NCBI GenBank assembly: GCA_964404195.1
Contig: CAYOJC010000007.1
Location: forward strand, 16,772 to 80,771
DNA length: 64,000 nt
Direction: 5' to 3'
DNA from: an uncultured Syntrophobacteraceae bacterium
GTDB taxonomy: Bacteria; Desulfobacterota; Binatia; UBA9968
A program made the position numbers and the translations under genes. Of the stretch, positions 8,515-18,072 are shown piece by piece. The number at the start of each line of letters is the position of its first letter. Within the stretch, counting starts at the first letter, position 1. The notes under the pieces were generated by a model, which was not told where the DNA came from, ran no database searches, and saw nothing but the letters and a program-made list of their open reading frames with translations.

Positions 8515-8793
8515 TTATCCTTTCAGAGCGAATAAATTAGACTTGAACGCGTTGACGCCGTGCGACGGGTTCCAGTAGCGCCGCACGCCGAAATAGTAGC
8601 AGCAGCTTTCGTTGTCCATGTCGTTGTTGAAAACGCGCAGTTGCCCGTCCTGCCAGCGCACGCGCGCGAGGCAGGTGCCGCCGGGAACCGACGAGGTCAT
8701 CGCCTCCACCACGACGCCGATGCCCCATTGCTCATAGTTGTTATGAGAGACCTCGTCGCCGACGCGCAGAAATAATCTTTTTCTTTCGGACAC
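8515..8793 (-). CDS. Hypothetical protein (possibly DUF3553-like)
   Basis: 92-aa ORF containing a GDEVSH....WGIGVVVE motif. It lies in tandem with 8180..8509. Confidence 0.45.
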   Translation of the reverse strand: MSERKRLFLRVGDEVSHNNYEQWGIGVVVEAMTSSVPGGTCLARVRWQDGQLRVFNNDMDNESCCYYFGVRRYWNPSHGVNAFKSNLFALKG

Positions 8794-8834
8794 GGCTCTG
8801 CCCTATCAATTTCAAACATAACAATCTTGGAGTT

Positions 8835-9725
8835 TTACGTCAACGGTCGAGAAACACGGTTGAGAAACGCCGTCACGGCTTGCGCCAGCCCCTCGGGATT
8901 GTCGTGGTGGACCATGTGACCGGCGTCCTCAATTTCAGCGTGAGAGCGGTCGGCGATGGCGCTCAGTCTTTCCTCCAAATCGGGTCGGGGAGTCTGGCGG
9001 CTCTTTGCGCCGTCGACGATCAGGACCGGGCAATGGATGCGGCGGAAAAATTCCACGGCCTGTCCAGCATAAAACGGTTGCGGCGCTACCGTGCGGTGCA
9101 GCGGATCGAATTTCCATACCCACTTGCCGCTCTCGATTTGTTTCATTCCCGAGCTTGCCAGCTCCAGCGCCAGCTCCGGCTTCAACCGCGGATTCTTTCG
9201 GCGCAGCCGTTCCGCGGCCTTCTCCAGCGTCGCGTACTCCACGACCTTTCTTTGGCGCAAGCCCTTAAGTTCTGCGAGCCATCTTTCCATGCGCGGCGGC
9301 GTATCGACAAACCGCATCGCGATCGGCCCGATGCCCTCGACCAGAACGAGCTTTCGAACCTTTTCGGGAAACGTGCCGGCATAGAGAAACGAGATCGTCC
9401 CTCCCATCGAATGGCCGATCAGCGATATTTTTTCCACGTCCAAGGATTCGAGCAAACACTCCAGGTCCCAGAGATAATCCGGAAAATGGTAATAGCCGCC
9501 GGCGCCCACCCAGCCGCTGTCGCCATGCCCCCGGCAGTCCGGGGCGACGATCCACATCGGCTTGGAGGATTTTTTTTCCAGCGCGGCGACGAACGTATCC
9601 CAGCTTTGCGCGTGATCCAGGAAGCCGTGGATGAGAACCAACGGCTCCGCCGCTCGCTCCCCCCATTCGAGATAATGAATTTTCAGTCCGCGCACGTCGA
9701 TCGTGCGATCTCTCGAGGGCTTCAT
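8835..9725 (-). CDS. Alpha/beta-fold hydrolase
   Basis: HGF...SW oxyanion region (LVLIHGFLDHAQSW), nucleophile elbow GHSMGG, and a C-terminal DAGHMVH. Confidence 0.85.
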   Translation of the reverse strand: MKPSRDRTIDVRGLKIHYLEWGERAAEPLVLIHGFLDHAQSWDTFVAALEKKSSKPMWIVAPDCRGHGDSGWVGAGGYYHFPDYLWDLECLLESLDVEKISLIGHSMGGTISFLYAGTFPEKVRKLVLVEGIGPIAMRFVDTPPRMERWLAELKGLRQRKVVEYATLEKAAERLRRKNPRLKPELALELASSGMKQIESGKWVWKFDPLHRTVAPQPFYAGQAVEFFRRIHCPVLIVDGAKSRQTPRPDLEERLSAIADRSHAEIEDAGHMVHHDNPEGLAQAVTAFLNRVSRPLT

Positions 9726-10201
9726 CGGGAAATTTTTCTCAGAGGAGTTTCGACGAAATCGTTTTTGGTATCCGCCCAGGCATAAGCGCAGATGCGCTTG
9801 ACGGCGCGGTCATAAATCGAGATGACGATTTGAGCCGTCTCGGGAAACGTAGGCTCGCCGAAGGGCATGGCGAACGCCTTATCTTCCTCGGAAAAGTAAG
9901 CCTCGTGCCCGGGATGGGAATGATAAAAAGCTTTGCTCTTGGCGCCGGCCGCCGTGGCTTCGTCGAGGGTTGCTTCCAACTCTTTGGGATCCATCGCGTA
10001 CGCGATCGTCGCCTCGCGCGGATAGGTTTCCGGGTCCAGCGCGTGAAGCTGATTCTGTATGTTCTTGAACCGCCGGACTTCTTCACGGCCGCCGTAATCC
10101 AGAACGACGCCGCAGCACTCTTCGGGAAAAGCATCGACGGCGTGGCGCGAAATCTCCGCCCAGGCGGATTCCGTCAAAGTGATTTCCGATGGAGATCTCA
10201 T
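9722..10201 (-). CDS. JAB/MPN (JAMM) metallopeptidase, Mov34/Mec+ family
   Basis: EECCGVV plus HSHPGHEAYFSEED gives the E...HxH...S..D JAMM motif. It overlaps the downstream hydrolase gene by 4 nt. Confidence 0.85.
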   Translation of the reverse strand: MRSPSEITLTESAWAEISRHAVDAFPEECCGVVLDYGGREEVRRFKNIQNQLHALDPETYPREATIAYAMDPKELEATLDEATAAGAKSKAFYHSHPGHEAYFSEEDKAFAMPFGEPTFPETAQIVISIYDRAVKRICAYAWADTKNDFVETPLRKISR

Positions 10202-10318
10202 GGGTCGTTCAGGAGATTATCACCGAAAATTCCTTTATCACAGCTTGACGCTGCGCGGGAGCATTTCGGTGCATGTTTGCCTCGGGTCGAGGCGGTAAAG
10301 AATCGGTCGGCAACAGAT

Positions 10319-10990
10319 TCAGTCGGACCGGCGAGCGTTTCTGTGGTAGTCGTGGTAGGTCGCAAGGACTCTTGTGGCGTATTCCAGCGGCACATCCGTC
10401 TCTTCCGCCAAATCGCTTTTGAGCCGGGTCGGGCCGCGATTGTAGGCCGTCAAGGCGAGCGTCAGGTCCTGAAAAATCCGCTGCAATGAATGAAGATAAA
10501 AGACCCCGAGCTTGATGTTGACGATCGGGTTGTCGAGATCGGGATCGTCATCGCTGAAGTGTTTGTCGGCTCGGTACGCGGACCTTCTCTGGTCGGCGAG
10601 ATCTTTGGCGAATTCGGGCTGGATCTGCATCAGCCCACGAGCCCCGTCCTCCGCGGCAGCAGTGTGCTGAAACCCGCTTTCAACCGTAATGATCGCGAGA
10701 ACGAGCAGCGGATCCAGTGCATGGCGCCGGCTTTCCGTCTGAACGGTCCTGGACAGGGACCAGACCGAATTGTCGTTGGCGTCGGCCATCTTTTTTTTGA
10801 CTACCGAGTAGATATTCAGCAACTCGGCGGCCTCATGGCCGTTCGTTCCGTACCGCTCGACCCAATGGGCGCTTCCCGGCTTGAATAGCTGGCCCGGCGC
10901 GAGCAGCACAACCGAATAGATAAGCCCAGTGGCAAGGATGGGGTTCCGCTTAAACCTCGGCAGGCGAAAGCTTTTATTGTTGAATTTCAT
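10319..10990 (-). CDS. Lytic transglycosylase (SLT domain)
   Basis: AIITVESGFQ...ARGLMQI...AYN motif series. The start is taken at the MKFNNKSF ATG (10990); the ORF stays open up to 11053. Confidence 0.8.
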   Translation of the reverse strand: MKFNNKSFRLPRFKRNPILATGLIYSVVLLAPGQLFKPGSAHWVERYGTNGHEAAELLNIYSVVKKKMADANDNSVWSLSRTVQTESRRHALDPLLVLAIITVESGFQHTAAAEDGARGLMQIQPEFAKDLADQRRSAYRADKHFSDDDPDLDNPIVNIKLGVFYLHSLQRIFQDLTLALTAYNRGPTRLKSDLAEETDVPLEYATRVLATYHDYHRNARRSD

Positions 10991-11092
10991 AAGGGGGAAA
11001 AGACCCTGGAGCAGGGGTTGAGCGTTTGGTTGGAGTAGGCTGAAGAATAACAAAGGGGTGTTTAATTGTCAAACGCGCGAGGAGAGAAAATA

Positions 11093-11134
11093 CAACTAAT
11101 AGATATAGCCTACGCGGAGGGATTCTATTAGTTG
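11093..11134. terminator. A/T-rich hairpin downstream of UbiD paralog 1
   Basis: Perfect 11-bp stem CAACTAATAGA (11093-11103) / TCTATTAGTTG (11124-11134) with a 20-nt loop. Its function (terminator or operator) is not established. Confidence 0.35.
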
Positions 11135-11179
11135 CAAATCGCGGGAGCGGCGCGATCGCTGAATAGACCGGCCAATTCG

Positions 11180-12613
11180 TCAGCGCGGCTTTCGCAGAAT
11201 GGGGCCCCATTTTTCGCGCACCTGCCGCTCGTATTCCGGCGTGAAGGTCATATGCTTGCCGAACTGCTCGATCCAGTCCCAGGGTTTGCAGGCGTCGATC
11301 AGCACCCGGCCGCAGGTCAGGTCCCACGATTCCCGCTTCTTCGGACTCATGATCGGATCGACGCGCGTGCTCACCGTGCCGCGCACGATGTCGATCTGCT
11401 CTTCGGGCAGGCAGCGCGTGGTCATGGCCCAGAGCACGTCGTTGAGATTCGACGGATCGATGTCTTCGTCAACCACGACGTAATACCGGTAGGCGCTGTT
11501 AGAGCCGCGGACGCCGACCGCCGTGAGCAGCGCCATCTTCGCATGGCCGGCAAAGGCCTGCTTGAGCGAGATGACGATGAAAAGCCCGTTGGCGTGCGCC
11601 CACACGCCGCGGATGCCGGGCAGCGCGCTTTTCTCCAGCGCGTCCCAGACCGCGATCGCGGCGTGCGTGATCGTGCCGACGCTGATATTGCGGTTGTTCT
11701 GATGCGGGCCGGTAAGGATCGGGTCGTTACGGTGATAGATCGCCTTGATCTTGATGACCGGCTGGGGATGCGGTTCCTGGCTGTAGTAGCCCGGCCATTC
11801 GCGGTACGGCCCTTCGGTGCGCGCGTCCTCTTCAGGCGGCGGCACTTCGCCTTCTATTGCAATTTCCGCCGCCGCCGGGATCGGGAGCCCGGTCATCTCG
11901 CCTTTGATGATATCGATCGGATGGCCCGCCATTCCTCCGGCGACCTCCAGCTCCGATTTTCCCCAGGGCGAGCTTCCCGTCGAGGCTTGAAACAATTCAA
12001 CCTGCTGGCCGTAGCAGGCGACCACGGGACACGCCTTGCCCTTGGCCCAATATTTTTTCGCGATGATCATCCCGTGATGATGGGGCTCGACGAAAAATCC
12101 CACGGTCTTCTCGTCGTGGATCATCTGCCGGTAAGTCCCCATGTTGACCCAGCCCTCGTCCGGGTCGCGGTTGATGACGAGCGTCGTCGTGCCGATGTAG
12201 CGGCCGCCTTCCAGCATGCGCCACTTGGGCGTGGGGAATTTTAAAATATTGACTTTGTCGCCGCGGTCCTGGTTCTCCAGGATCGGCCCCGAGGCGACTT
12301 CGCGCGGCGGAATGAGAACGGTTTCTTTTCGCTTTTCCTTCATCGCGCGCGCGATCTCCAGGTCGCTCAGGTCCATCGGAATGCCGAGCGCCAGCGCCTG
12401 CTTCTTAGGGTTGTTCTGAAGATTGGTAAGCGCGCGAAAGCCCGCCGGATATCCCGGGATCTTGTCGAAGATCAGCACCGGGTTGTCTTCGGTTTCCTGC
12501 ATCATCTGCGAGATTGCGCCGATCTCCAGGTCCCAATGCGCGCCCTCGACGACGCGCAGCATGCCGAGCTTGTCGAGCGCGTCGAGATAGTCTCTCAAAT
12601 CGCTGTATCCCAT
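11180..12613 (-). CDS. UbiD-family (prFMN-dependent) decarboxylase, paralog 1
   Basis: 477 aa. The N-terminus MGYSDLRDYLDALDKLGMLRVVEGAHWDLEIGAI is typical of UbiD/Fdc-like enzymes, and family-like similarity runs the full length. Confidence 0.9.
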   Translation of the reverse strand: MGYSDLRDYLDALDKLGMLRVVEGAHWDLEIGAISQMMQETEDNPVLIFDKIPGYPAGFRALTNLQNNPKKQALALGIPMDLSDLEIARAMKEKRKETVLIPPREVASGPILENQDRGDKVNILKFPTPKWRMLEGGRYIGTTTLVINRDPDEGWVNMGTYRQMIHDEKTVGFFVEPHHHGMIIAKKYWAKGKACPVVACYGQQVELFQASTGSSPWGKSELEVAGGMAGHPIDIIKGEMTGLPIPAAAEIAIEGEVPPPEEDARTEGPYREWPGYYSQEPHPQPVIKIKAIYHRNDPILTGPHQNNRNISVGTITHAAIAVWDALEKSALPGIRGVWAHANGLFIVISLKQAFAGHAKMALLTAVGVRGSNSAYRYYVVVDEDIDPSNLNDVLWAMTTRCLPEEQIDIVRGTVSTRVDPIMSPKKRESWDLTCGRVLIDACKPWDWIEQFGKHMTFTPEYERQVREKWGPILRKPR

Positions 12614-12628
12614 ACGGTCCTTTCTTAC

Positions 12629-12651
12629 AGGGCGTGATTAATCACGCCCCT
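12629..12651. repeat. REP-like palindrome GGGCGTGAT-TA-ATCACGCCC
   Basis: It has the same core as 8142-8169 and lies between the SBP and UbiD genes. Confidence 0.65.
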
Positions 12652-12664
12652 ACAAACATCTTGT

Positions 12665-13645
12665 TTAGGGTTTCCAGCCGCTTGCCTTCAGCTCGTCGTT
12701 CGCCTTGCGCACAAAGCTCAAGTCGAAGATGTCGCCGGTTTTAATGTCGCGCTGAACCTTCGTAGTTCTTTTCATATCGTCGACGATCGTTTGAAGAATC
12801 TTATCATCGCTGAAACCCTGCCGTAGAATCAGCTTGGATTCGATGTCATAGATCGCAATCGCCATCTCGCGGTCCGTCAACCTCAAAGCGTCCATCATAT
12901 ACTTGATCGCCGGCTCCCGTTTGCTGATGAAGAAATTTATTCCCTTGAGGCTCGCGCGGATGAATTTGAAAAGCTTCCCAGGGTTTTGTTTGATCTTTTC
13001 GTCCGACGTTGCCAATCCGCCTTGGACAAGATTGGCGAAATCACCGGCCGATGCCAGCTTGGTGAAGCCTTCCTTTTGCGCCTTGATGCTCGTCCCGGTG
13101 TTGAAGAGCGTTGCCTGAATCGCCTTGGCCTTCATCGCCGGAAAGCGCACTTCGTCTCCTCCCATCACGACGAGATTCAGATCTTTGACCGGATCCAACC
13201 CGTTTTGCTTCAAGATCTCCCTGGCAACGACGGCGAGCGAGCCTTCCGGAGACATGATTGCCACGTTGGTCCCGCGAAGTTGGGCCATCGATTTGATATT
13301 GGGCTGGGCGATGAGGTCCCATGAGGGCTTGTCTTGAAAGACCGCGAGGATTTTGACGGGAACTCCCCGGACCGCCGCCGCAAGGGCGCTGCCGGCATTG
13401 GTGAAGAAGTCGATCTCTCCCGCCAGCGCGATCCTGATGGCGATCTCGCCGCGGATGCTGAGCAACTCCACGTTGAGTCCTTCTTCACGCATATAGCCTT
13501 CCTTCTGCGCGATGATGAGGCAGTACGTCGAAGAATTCATCGAAGGATAGGCGACGCGGACATTTTCCGCCGCCGGGGCGGAGGAATGATTTAGCAGCAG
13601 GCAGAAGTAAATGAGAACGGCGAAGGGCAGGCGTTTGATGGGCAC
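12665..13645 (-). CDS. ABC transporter substrate-binding protein (NMT1/THI5-like, NitT/TauT family)
   Basis: 326 aa with a signal peptide. It resembles aliphatic sulfonate/nitrate/bicarbonate-type SBPs and matches the permease/ATPase type at 18073-19919. Confidence 0.8.
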   Translation of the reverse strand: MPIKRLPFAVLIYFCLLLNHSSAPAAENVRVAYPSMNSSTYCLIIAQKEGYMREEGLNVELLSIRGEIAIRIALAGEIDFFTNAGSALAAAVRGVPVKILAVFQDKPSWDLIAQPNIKSMAQLRGTNVAIMSPEGSLAVVAREILKQNGLDPVKDLNLVVMGGDEVRFPAMKAKAIQATLFNTGTSIKAQKEGFTKLASAGDFANLVQGGLATSDEKIKQNPGKLFKFIRASLKGINFFISKREPAIKYMMDALRLTDREMAIAIYDIESKLILRQGFSDDKILQTIVDDMKRTTKVQRDIKTGDIFDLSFVRKANDELKASGWKP

Positions 13646-13654
13646 TGAATTTCT

Positions 13655-13699
13655 CCCTCACCCCTTCCCTCTCCCGCTGGGAGAGGGCGAGGGTGAGGG
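13655..13699. repeat. G/C-rich palindromic REP-like element (second copy)
   Basis: ccctcaccccttccctctcccgctgggagagggcgagggtgaggg is self-complementary and belongs to the same family as 184-272. Confidence 0.7.
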
Positions 13700-13704
13700 T
13701 AAAG

Positions 13705-14925
13705 CTAGTCGATGACGCCTTCTTTTACCAGAGCTTCGTAATCCGAGCGGGACAATCCGAGCAAGTCGCAGTAGAAATATTCGTTGTGCTCGCCGAGCAG
13801 CGGATCGCGCTTGGTGGGGCCGGGCGGCGTTTTGCCGAGGAGAAACGGCGGCCGTTGGTAATGCATCTTGCCGATCTCGGGATGCTCCAGCTCGACCCAT
13901 TGCGGCCGCTGCTTAAGTTGAGGATCTTCGTAAACGTCGCACATCCGGTTGACGACTCCGGCTTTGACTCCGGCCTTCTGAAGTTTTTCCATTACATCGC
14001 GCGCCGTCAAGCTGCGAGTCCACTCGCCGATTTTAACGTCGAGCTCGTCTTCATTGGTCTTGCGGGCTGCGTGCGAAGAGAATTTTTTATTCGCGCTCCA
14101 AGCCGGATTTCCCATCACGCGGTACAGCGCCTTCCACTCCGCCTCTGTACTCACGCTGATAACGCACCACAGGTCGTCGCCTTTGCACGGGTAAGCGCCG
14201 TGCGGCGCGGCGTCGGGGTCGCGATTGGCGTTGCGCCCGGCGACCCTGCCATTCACTTTGTAATCCAAAAGAATCGGCGCCAGGTACTGGAGGCCGGTCT
14301 CGTATTGCGCCGTGTCGATATAATTGCCCTTGCCGGTGCGCCGCTTATAATCTAGCGCCGCAAGAATTGCGACGGCGCCGTACGCGACCGCGATGTAGTC
14401 GATGTAGGGGCCGTAGAGAATTTGTGGCGGGCCGTCCGGATAGCCCGTGAGATGCGTGAATCCCGCCAGCGACGAGAGCTGCGAGCCGAACCCGGCGTGA
14501 TGCGCGTGCGGTCCGCTCTGCCCGAGGTTCGAGCTCGAGAGCATGATGAGATCGGGCTTAACTTTCTTCAAATCCTCGTAGCCGAGTCCAAGACGCCCCA
14601 TCGTGCCGGGACTGAAATTTTCGATCACGACGTCCGCCCAGGCGACGATATTTTTCGCCAGCTCGGTGGCCTTCGGCGTTTTCTTGAGATTGATCGTGAT
14701 GTCGAGCTTGTCGTTGTTGCACAGGGCGAAAAGCCCCGAGCGATTGAGGCCGTGAATGTTGTCTTTGTACGGCGGATAGTGCGCGCGGAACCCGTCCGGC
14801 CGCACCTTCGATTCTATGTGAACGACCGTCGCGCCGTGATCGGCCAGATGCTTGCCGACTACCGGCCCGGCGGCGAACGCGGCGAACTCGACGATCTTAA
14901 CGCCCTTCAAAGACTGCACGTTCAA
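13705..14925 (-). CDS. Family III CoA-transferase (CaiB/BaiF type), subunit B candidate
   Basis: 406 aa. The N-terminus LKGVKIVEFAAFAAGPVVGKHLADHGATVVHIE is typical of class III CoA-transferases. It overlaps the upstream paralog by 4 nt. Confidence 0.9.
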   Translation of the reverse strand: MNVQSLKGVKIVEFAAFAAGPVVGKHLADHGATVVHIESKVRPDGFRAHYPPYKDNIHGLNRSGLFALCNNDKLDITINLKKTPKATELAKNIVAWADVVIENFSPGTMGRLGLGYEDLKKVKPDLIMLSSSNLGQSGPHAHHAGFGSQLSSLAGFTHLTGYPDGPPQILYGPYIDYIAVAYGAVAILAALDYKRRTGKGNYIDTAQYETGLQYLAPILLDYKVNGRVAGRNANRDPDAAPHGAYPCKGDDLWCVISVSTEAEWKALYRVMGNPAWSANKKFSSHAARKTNEDELDVKIGEWTRSLTARDVMEKLQKAGVKAGVVNRMCDVYEDPQLKQRPQWVELEHPEIGKMHYQRPPFLLGKTPPGPTKRDPLLGEHNEYFYCDLLGLSRSDYEALVKEGVID

Positions 14926-16187
14926 ATCACTCCTTTACGCTTGTGCTCTTCCAGCTCATCGCGCGTCATCCCCAACTCTCCACAATATACTTCTTCATTA
15001 TGCTCTCCGATCCGCGGAGCGCGCCGCCAGATCCGGCAGGCGCCCTCGCTGAACTTGGCAAAGCCGCCGGGGTAGGTAATCGAACAACCGAGCTCCGGAT
15101 GATCGACCTCCTGCCAGAAATCCCGCGCGGCGTGCTGCGGATCTTCGAATATTTCCTTCACGCTCGCGACCGGGTAACCCAGCATTTCCCGCTTGACTAC
15201 TTCTTTAAAAAATTCCGCCTTCGTCACGCCTGTGAAAAAACGGGCGATCGGCTCTTCCATCCGGTCGATCTCTTCCTGCGTCACCTTGGCGATGTCGAAG
15301 GTCTGCCAATCTTTCTGCTTCAAAAAATCCGGCGCCATTCCCTTGCTGTCCATCCACTCGACCAGGGCTTGATTGGTTCTGCGTCCCGCCTCGCCGCCGT
15401 AGATGATGAAATTCAGATAGCCGTCTTTGCAGGGCCAGAAGACGCGCATCTTCGCGCCGGTGATGCTCCGTCCGGTCATGAACGAGCCGGCGCGTTTTTC
15501 CAGATGGCGATTCAGATCCCAGAACGTGTGCGCGTGGGAGAACGCCCACAGGAGGCAGGCCTGTGCGGATACGTCCACGTGCTGGCCTTCGCCCGACTCT
15601 TGCCGGTGGTAGTGGGCGACCAGAGCGCCCATGGCCGCGTACGATCCGGTCCACGAGTACGACTGCGGAAACGTGACGCGAAGCGGCGGACGGTCGGGAT
15701 CGCCGGTGAGGGACATGCAGCCGGAGAGCGCCATGATCTCGATATCCGACGCGTGGAACTTGCTGTAGGGTCCGGTCTGGCCGAAAGGCGTAATCGAGGT
15801 GAAGACGAGTTTTGGATTCAGCCGGTTCAGCGCCGAGTAGCCGATTTTGAGTTTGTTGAGATACCCCGGCGTGAAGCTTTCGATGACGAAATCGGCCTTG
15901 GCCGCAAGCTGAGAGAAGATTTTGCGCCCTCTCGGCAATTCGAGATTGAGCGTGATGCCGCGCTTGTTGTTGTTGAAGCCGAACCAGTAGAGGCTTTTCT
16001 CCGGATCGCGCTCGTCTTTGAAGAACGGGCCGAGCCTGCGGGCGGGATCGCCGCCCGGCCGCTCGATCTTGATCACGTCCGCGCCCAGATCGCCCAGGAC
16101 TTTGCCGCAGAGAAATCCCAGCTCGTCGGTCAAATCCAGGACGCGGTACGGAGCGAGCAAACCTTGGTTTCTATTTCCGGCAAGCAT
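14922..16187 (-). CDS. Family III CoA-transferase (CaiB/BaiF type), subunit A candidate
   Basis: YRVLDLTDELGFLCGKVLGDLGADVIKIERPGGDP is the canonical N-terminus. The start is taken at the ATG at 16187 because the ORF's first 17 codons run through a terminator hairpin. Confidence 0.9.
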   Translation of the reverse strand: MLAGNRNQGLLAPYRVLDLTDELGFLCGKVLGDLGADVIKIERPGGDPARRLGPFFKDERDPEKSLYWFGFNNNKRGITLNLELPRGRKIFSQLAAKADFVIESFTPGYLNKLKIGYSALNRLNPKLVFTSITPFGQTGPYSKFHASDIEIMALSGCMSLTGDPDRPPLRVTFPQSYSWTGSYAAMGALVAHYHRQESGEGQHVDVSAQACLLWAFSHAHTFWDLNRHLEKRAGSFMTGRSITGAKMRVFWPCKDGYLNFIIYGGEAGRRTNQALVEWMDSKGMAPDFLKQKDWQTFDIAKVTQEEIDRMEEPIARFFTGVTKAEFFKEVVKREMLGYPVASVKEIFEDPQHAARDFWQEVDHPELGCSITYPGGFAKFSEGACRIWRRAPRIGEHNEEVYCGELGMTRDELEEHKRKGVI

Positions 16188-16196
16188 GATGAATTT

Positions 16197-16236
16197 AAAA
16201 AAAAGGGCAGGGGATTCAGACCCCTGCCCTTTTTTC
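16197..16236 (-). terminator. Rho-independent (bidirectional) terminator between UbiD paralog 2 and the CoA-transferase genes
   Basis: AAAAAAAA-GGGCAGGGG-attcaga-CCCCTGCCC-TTTTTT: a perfect 9-bp GC stem flanked by A and T runs. Confidence 0.75.
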
Positions 16237-16302
16237 ACCTACAGTGGGCTCGCGCTCATTCCTTCTGCTCCTTACGAACACGAATCACGAGCACGAACAC
16301 GA

Positions 16303-17883
16303 TTACCTTCCCGTGCGCGCCAGGGAATGAACCCAGCCGACCATGCGTGATTTAGCGTTCTGAATATCTTTGTCACTAAAAAATTTCTTGAGATCGACTT
16401 TGCCGACCGGGTAGACCGGGCGCATGAAGTCGCTCTCGTAGCCGAACGGCACGGTCGCGTCGATGCCCATGCCGCCTTCGAAGCTGGTGTTGGATGCCGT
16501 CCATTCTTTCTCGCCGGCGGTCATGCGCTCGGCCGGCATAAAGGTCTGGCCGCGTCCGCCCGGCAGCGGATTGATGATGTCGGTCTTGGGATTCACGCGC
16601 GTCGTGAGACACCACATGACGTCGTCCATGTCGTACGGATCGGTGTCTTCGCTGACGGCGATGACGAGGCGCGAGCCCTGTGACGTGGCGAGGATCGCGG
16701 CCATGAAGTTGCGCTGCCAGCCTTCTTCGATCTTGTTGCGCTTCTTGACCTGGATAATCGCTCCACCCCAATCGGTCATGCAATAAGGAATGTTCACGTC
16801 CATGACGATGCCGGGCTGCATGCGCTCGCACAGCTCGAACATAGCCGCCTCGCGCACGGTCGTATCGATGTTATGGTCGTCGAGGGTATGGACGCCGAGC
16901 GGAAAAATAATCGGCTTGGACTCGCGCTTGCGTGTGGTCACGGCGGTGACGTGGAACGTCGGCGCTTTGTACGCCTTGCCCATGTAGCCGGCCCATTCCG
17001 GATGGAAATGAAAGCGGCCCTGAATCCCGGCCTTCTCCGACTCCGCCGTTTCGAAGCGGCGGTCGCGCGGATTGACATAGCCTTCGAGCACGACTTCCGC
17101 ATCGGCGACCGCCAGTGCATCGACGGTGCGTGCTTTCACCAGCCGCACGGGAGCGCCTTGGATGGCGCCCGCGCTGCCGACTTCATCGCAGCCTTGCGGA
17201 AGAATGACGTAGTCGAAACCGGCGCCCGCCATCAACGTGCAGGACGGCGGCAAGCCGAAGTTCATCGTGATCGGCACCAGCTTTTTCTCTTTGTAATACT
17301 TGGTGACGACCTGCCACATGTGCGAGCCGGGGGAGATCTGAAACGTACCGACGTTGCCCCAGCGGAAGTTCATCCGGTTGTAGCCGAGGTCGGTGCCGCC
17401 GTCGAAGTACTCGCCCGAGATCAGCCGGTTGCCCGAACCGACGGTCAATTCGGGCTCGAGGTCGGTGTGCCGGATCGGCACGACGAATTCAGCGGCGTCG
17501 ATCGGCTTCTCGTAAACTTCTTCCTGCACCGGCGCGTCTTTTTGGTCGATGATGACGGGCTTCAAAGGATGGGTCAGCGCATAGGCCAACTTTCTCGTGC
17601 GGTCGGCATGGTCTTTCCAGCCGAACATTTTACCGATGACGTTCATGTCGCCGAAAAGGTTCGTGACGCAGCGATGCTTCGGCTTGCCTTTGATGTTGTT
17701 GAAAAGGATCGGGCAACCGCCGTCCAGTTGTTTCTGGATGCCGGTGATCTCCAGGTTGGGATCGACCTCTTTATCCGTGACGATAAGATCGCCTTCCTGC
17801 TTGAGCCATTCGAGGGTACTGCGCAGGTCTCGGATAGCCTCGGACCGCGGGGCCCCAGAGACTTTCTCCATGGGCTTGCTCAT
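16303..17883 (-). CDS. UbiD-family (prFMN-dependent) decarboxylase, paralog 2
   Basis: 526 aa with UbiD-like organisation (LRSTLEWLKQEGDLIVTDKEVDPNLEITGIQK...). It diverges from paralogs 1 and 3. Confidence 0.88.
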   Translation of the reverse strand: MSKPMEKVSGAPRSEAIRDLRSTLEWLKQEGDLIVTDKEVDPNLEITGIQKQLDGGCPILFNNIKGKPKHRCVTNLFGDMNVIGKMFGWKDHADRTRKLAYALTHPLKPVIIDQKDAPVQEEVYEKPIDAAEFVVPIRHTDLEPELTVGSGNRLISGEYFDGGTDLGYNRMNFRWGNVGTFQISPGSHMWQVVTKYYKEKKLVPITMNFGLPPSCTLMAGAGFDYVILPQGCDEVGSAGAIQGAPVRLVKARTVDALAVADAEVVLEGYVNPRDRRFETAESEKAGIQGRFHFHPEWAGYMGKAYKAPTFHVTAVTTRKRESKPIIFPLGVHTLDDHNIDTTVREAAMFELCERMQPGIVMDVNIPYCMTDWGGAIIQVKKRNKIEEGWQRNFMAAILATSQGSRLVIAVSEDTDPYDMDDVMWCLTTRVNPKTDIINPLPGGRGQTFMPAERMTAGEKEWTASNTSFEGGMGIDATVPFGYESDFMRPVYPVGKVDLKKFFSDKDIQNAKSRMVGWVHSLARTGR

Positions 17884-18072
17884 TTCGTTCCTCCGGTAAT
17901 TGGGGTTTCTTGCGCGGCTTCAAGACCGCGATCGCGGCCCGGCCGTTCTTAAGGATTAGGTCTATGCTTCTTTCCCGAATCGTGTGATCAGCGCGATCAG
18001 GAAGTGTCTTTCATCAATTAACAGAGAATTTTCTTTATCCTATGCGACCCAAAAAGTCAACCTATAGACGGA

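Noticed and set aside
8880-9785. Long ORFs antisense to confident genes. Examples: 8880..9785, 11132..12244, 14943..16355, 16873..17952, 19928..20851, 27257..28864, 31015..31920, 35864..37420, 45305..46309, 53108..54268, 55849..57774, 59912..60868, 62093..62941.
   Set aside because: These are typical high-G+C shadow ORFs. Their translations are Arg/Gly/Pro/Ala-rich with no recognisable motifs, while the opposite strand carries clear family signatures.
17884-18072. The TGATC-AGCGC-GATCA inverted repeat in the divergent UbiD/ABC promoter region, considered as an operator.
   Set aside because: The arms are only 5 bp and no regulator gene lies in the cluster. This is too weak to report as a feature.
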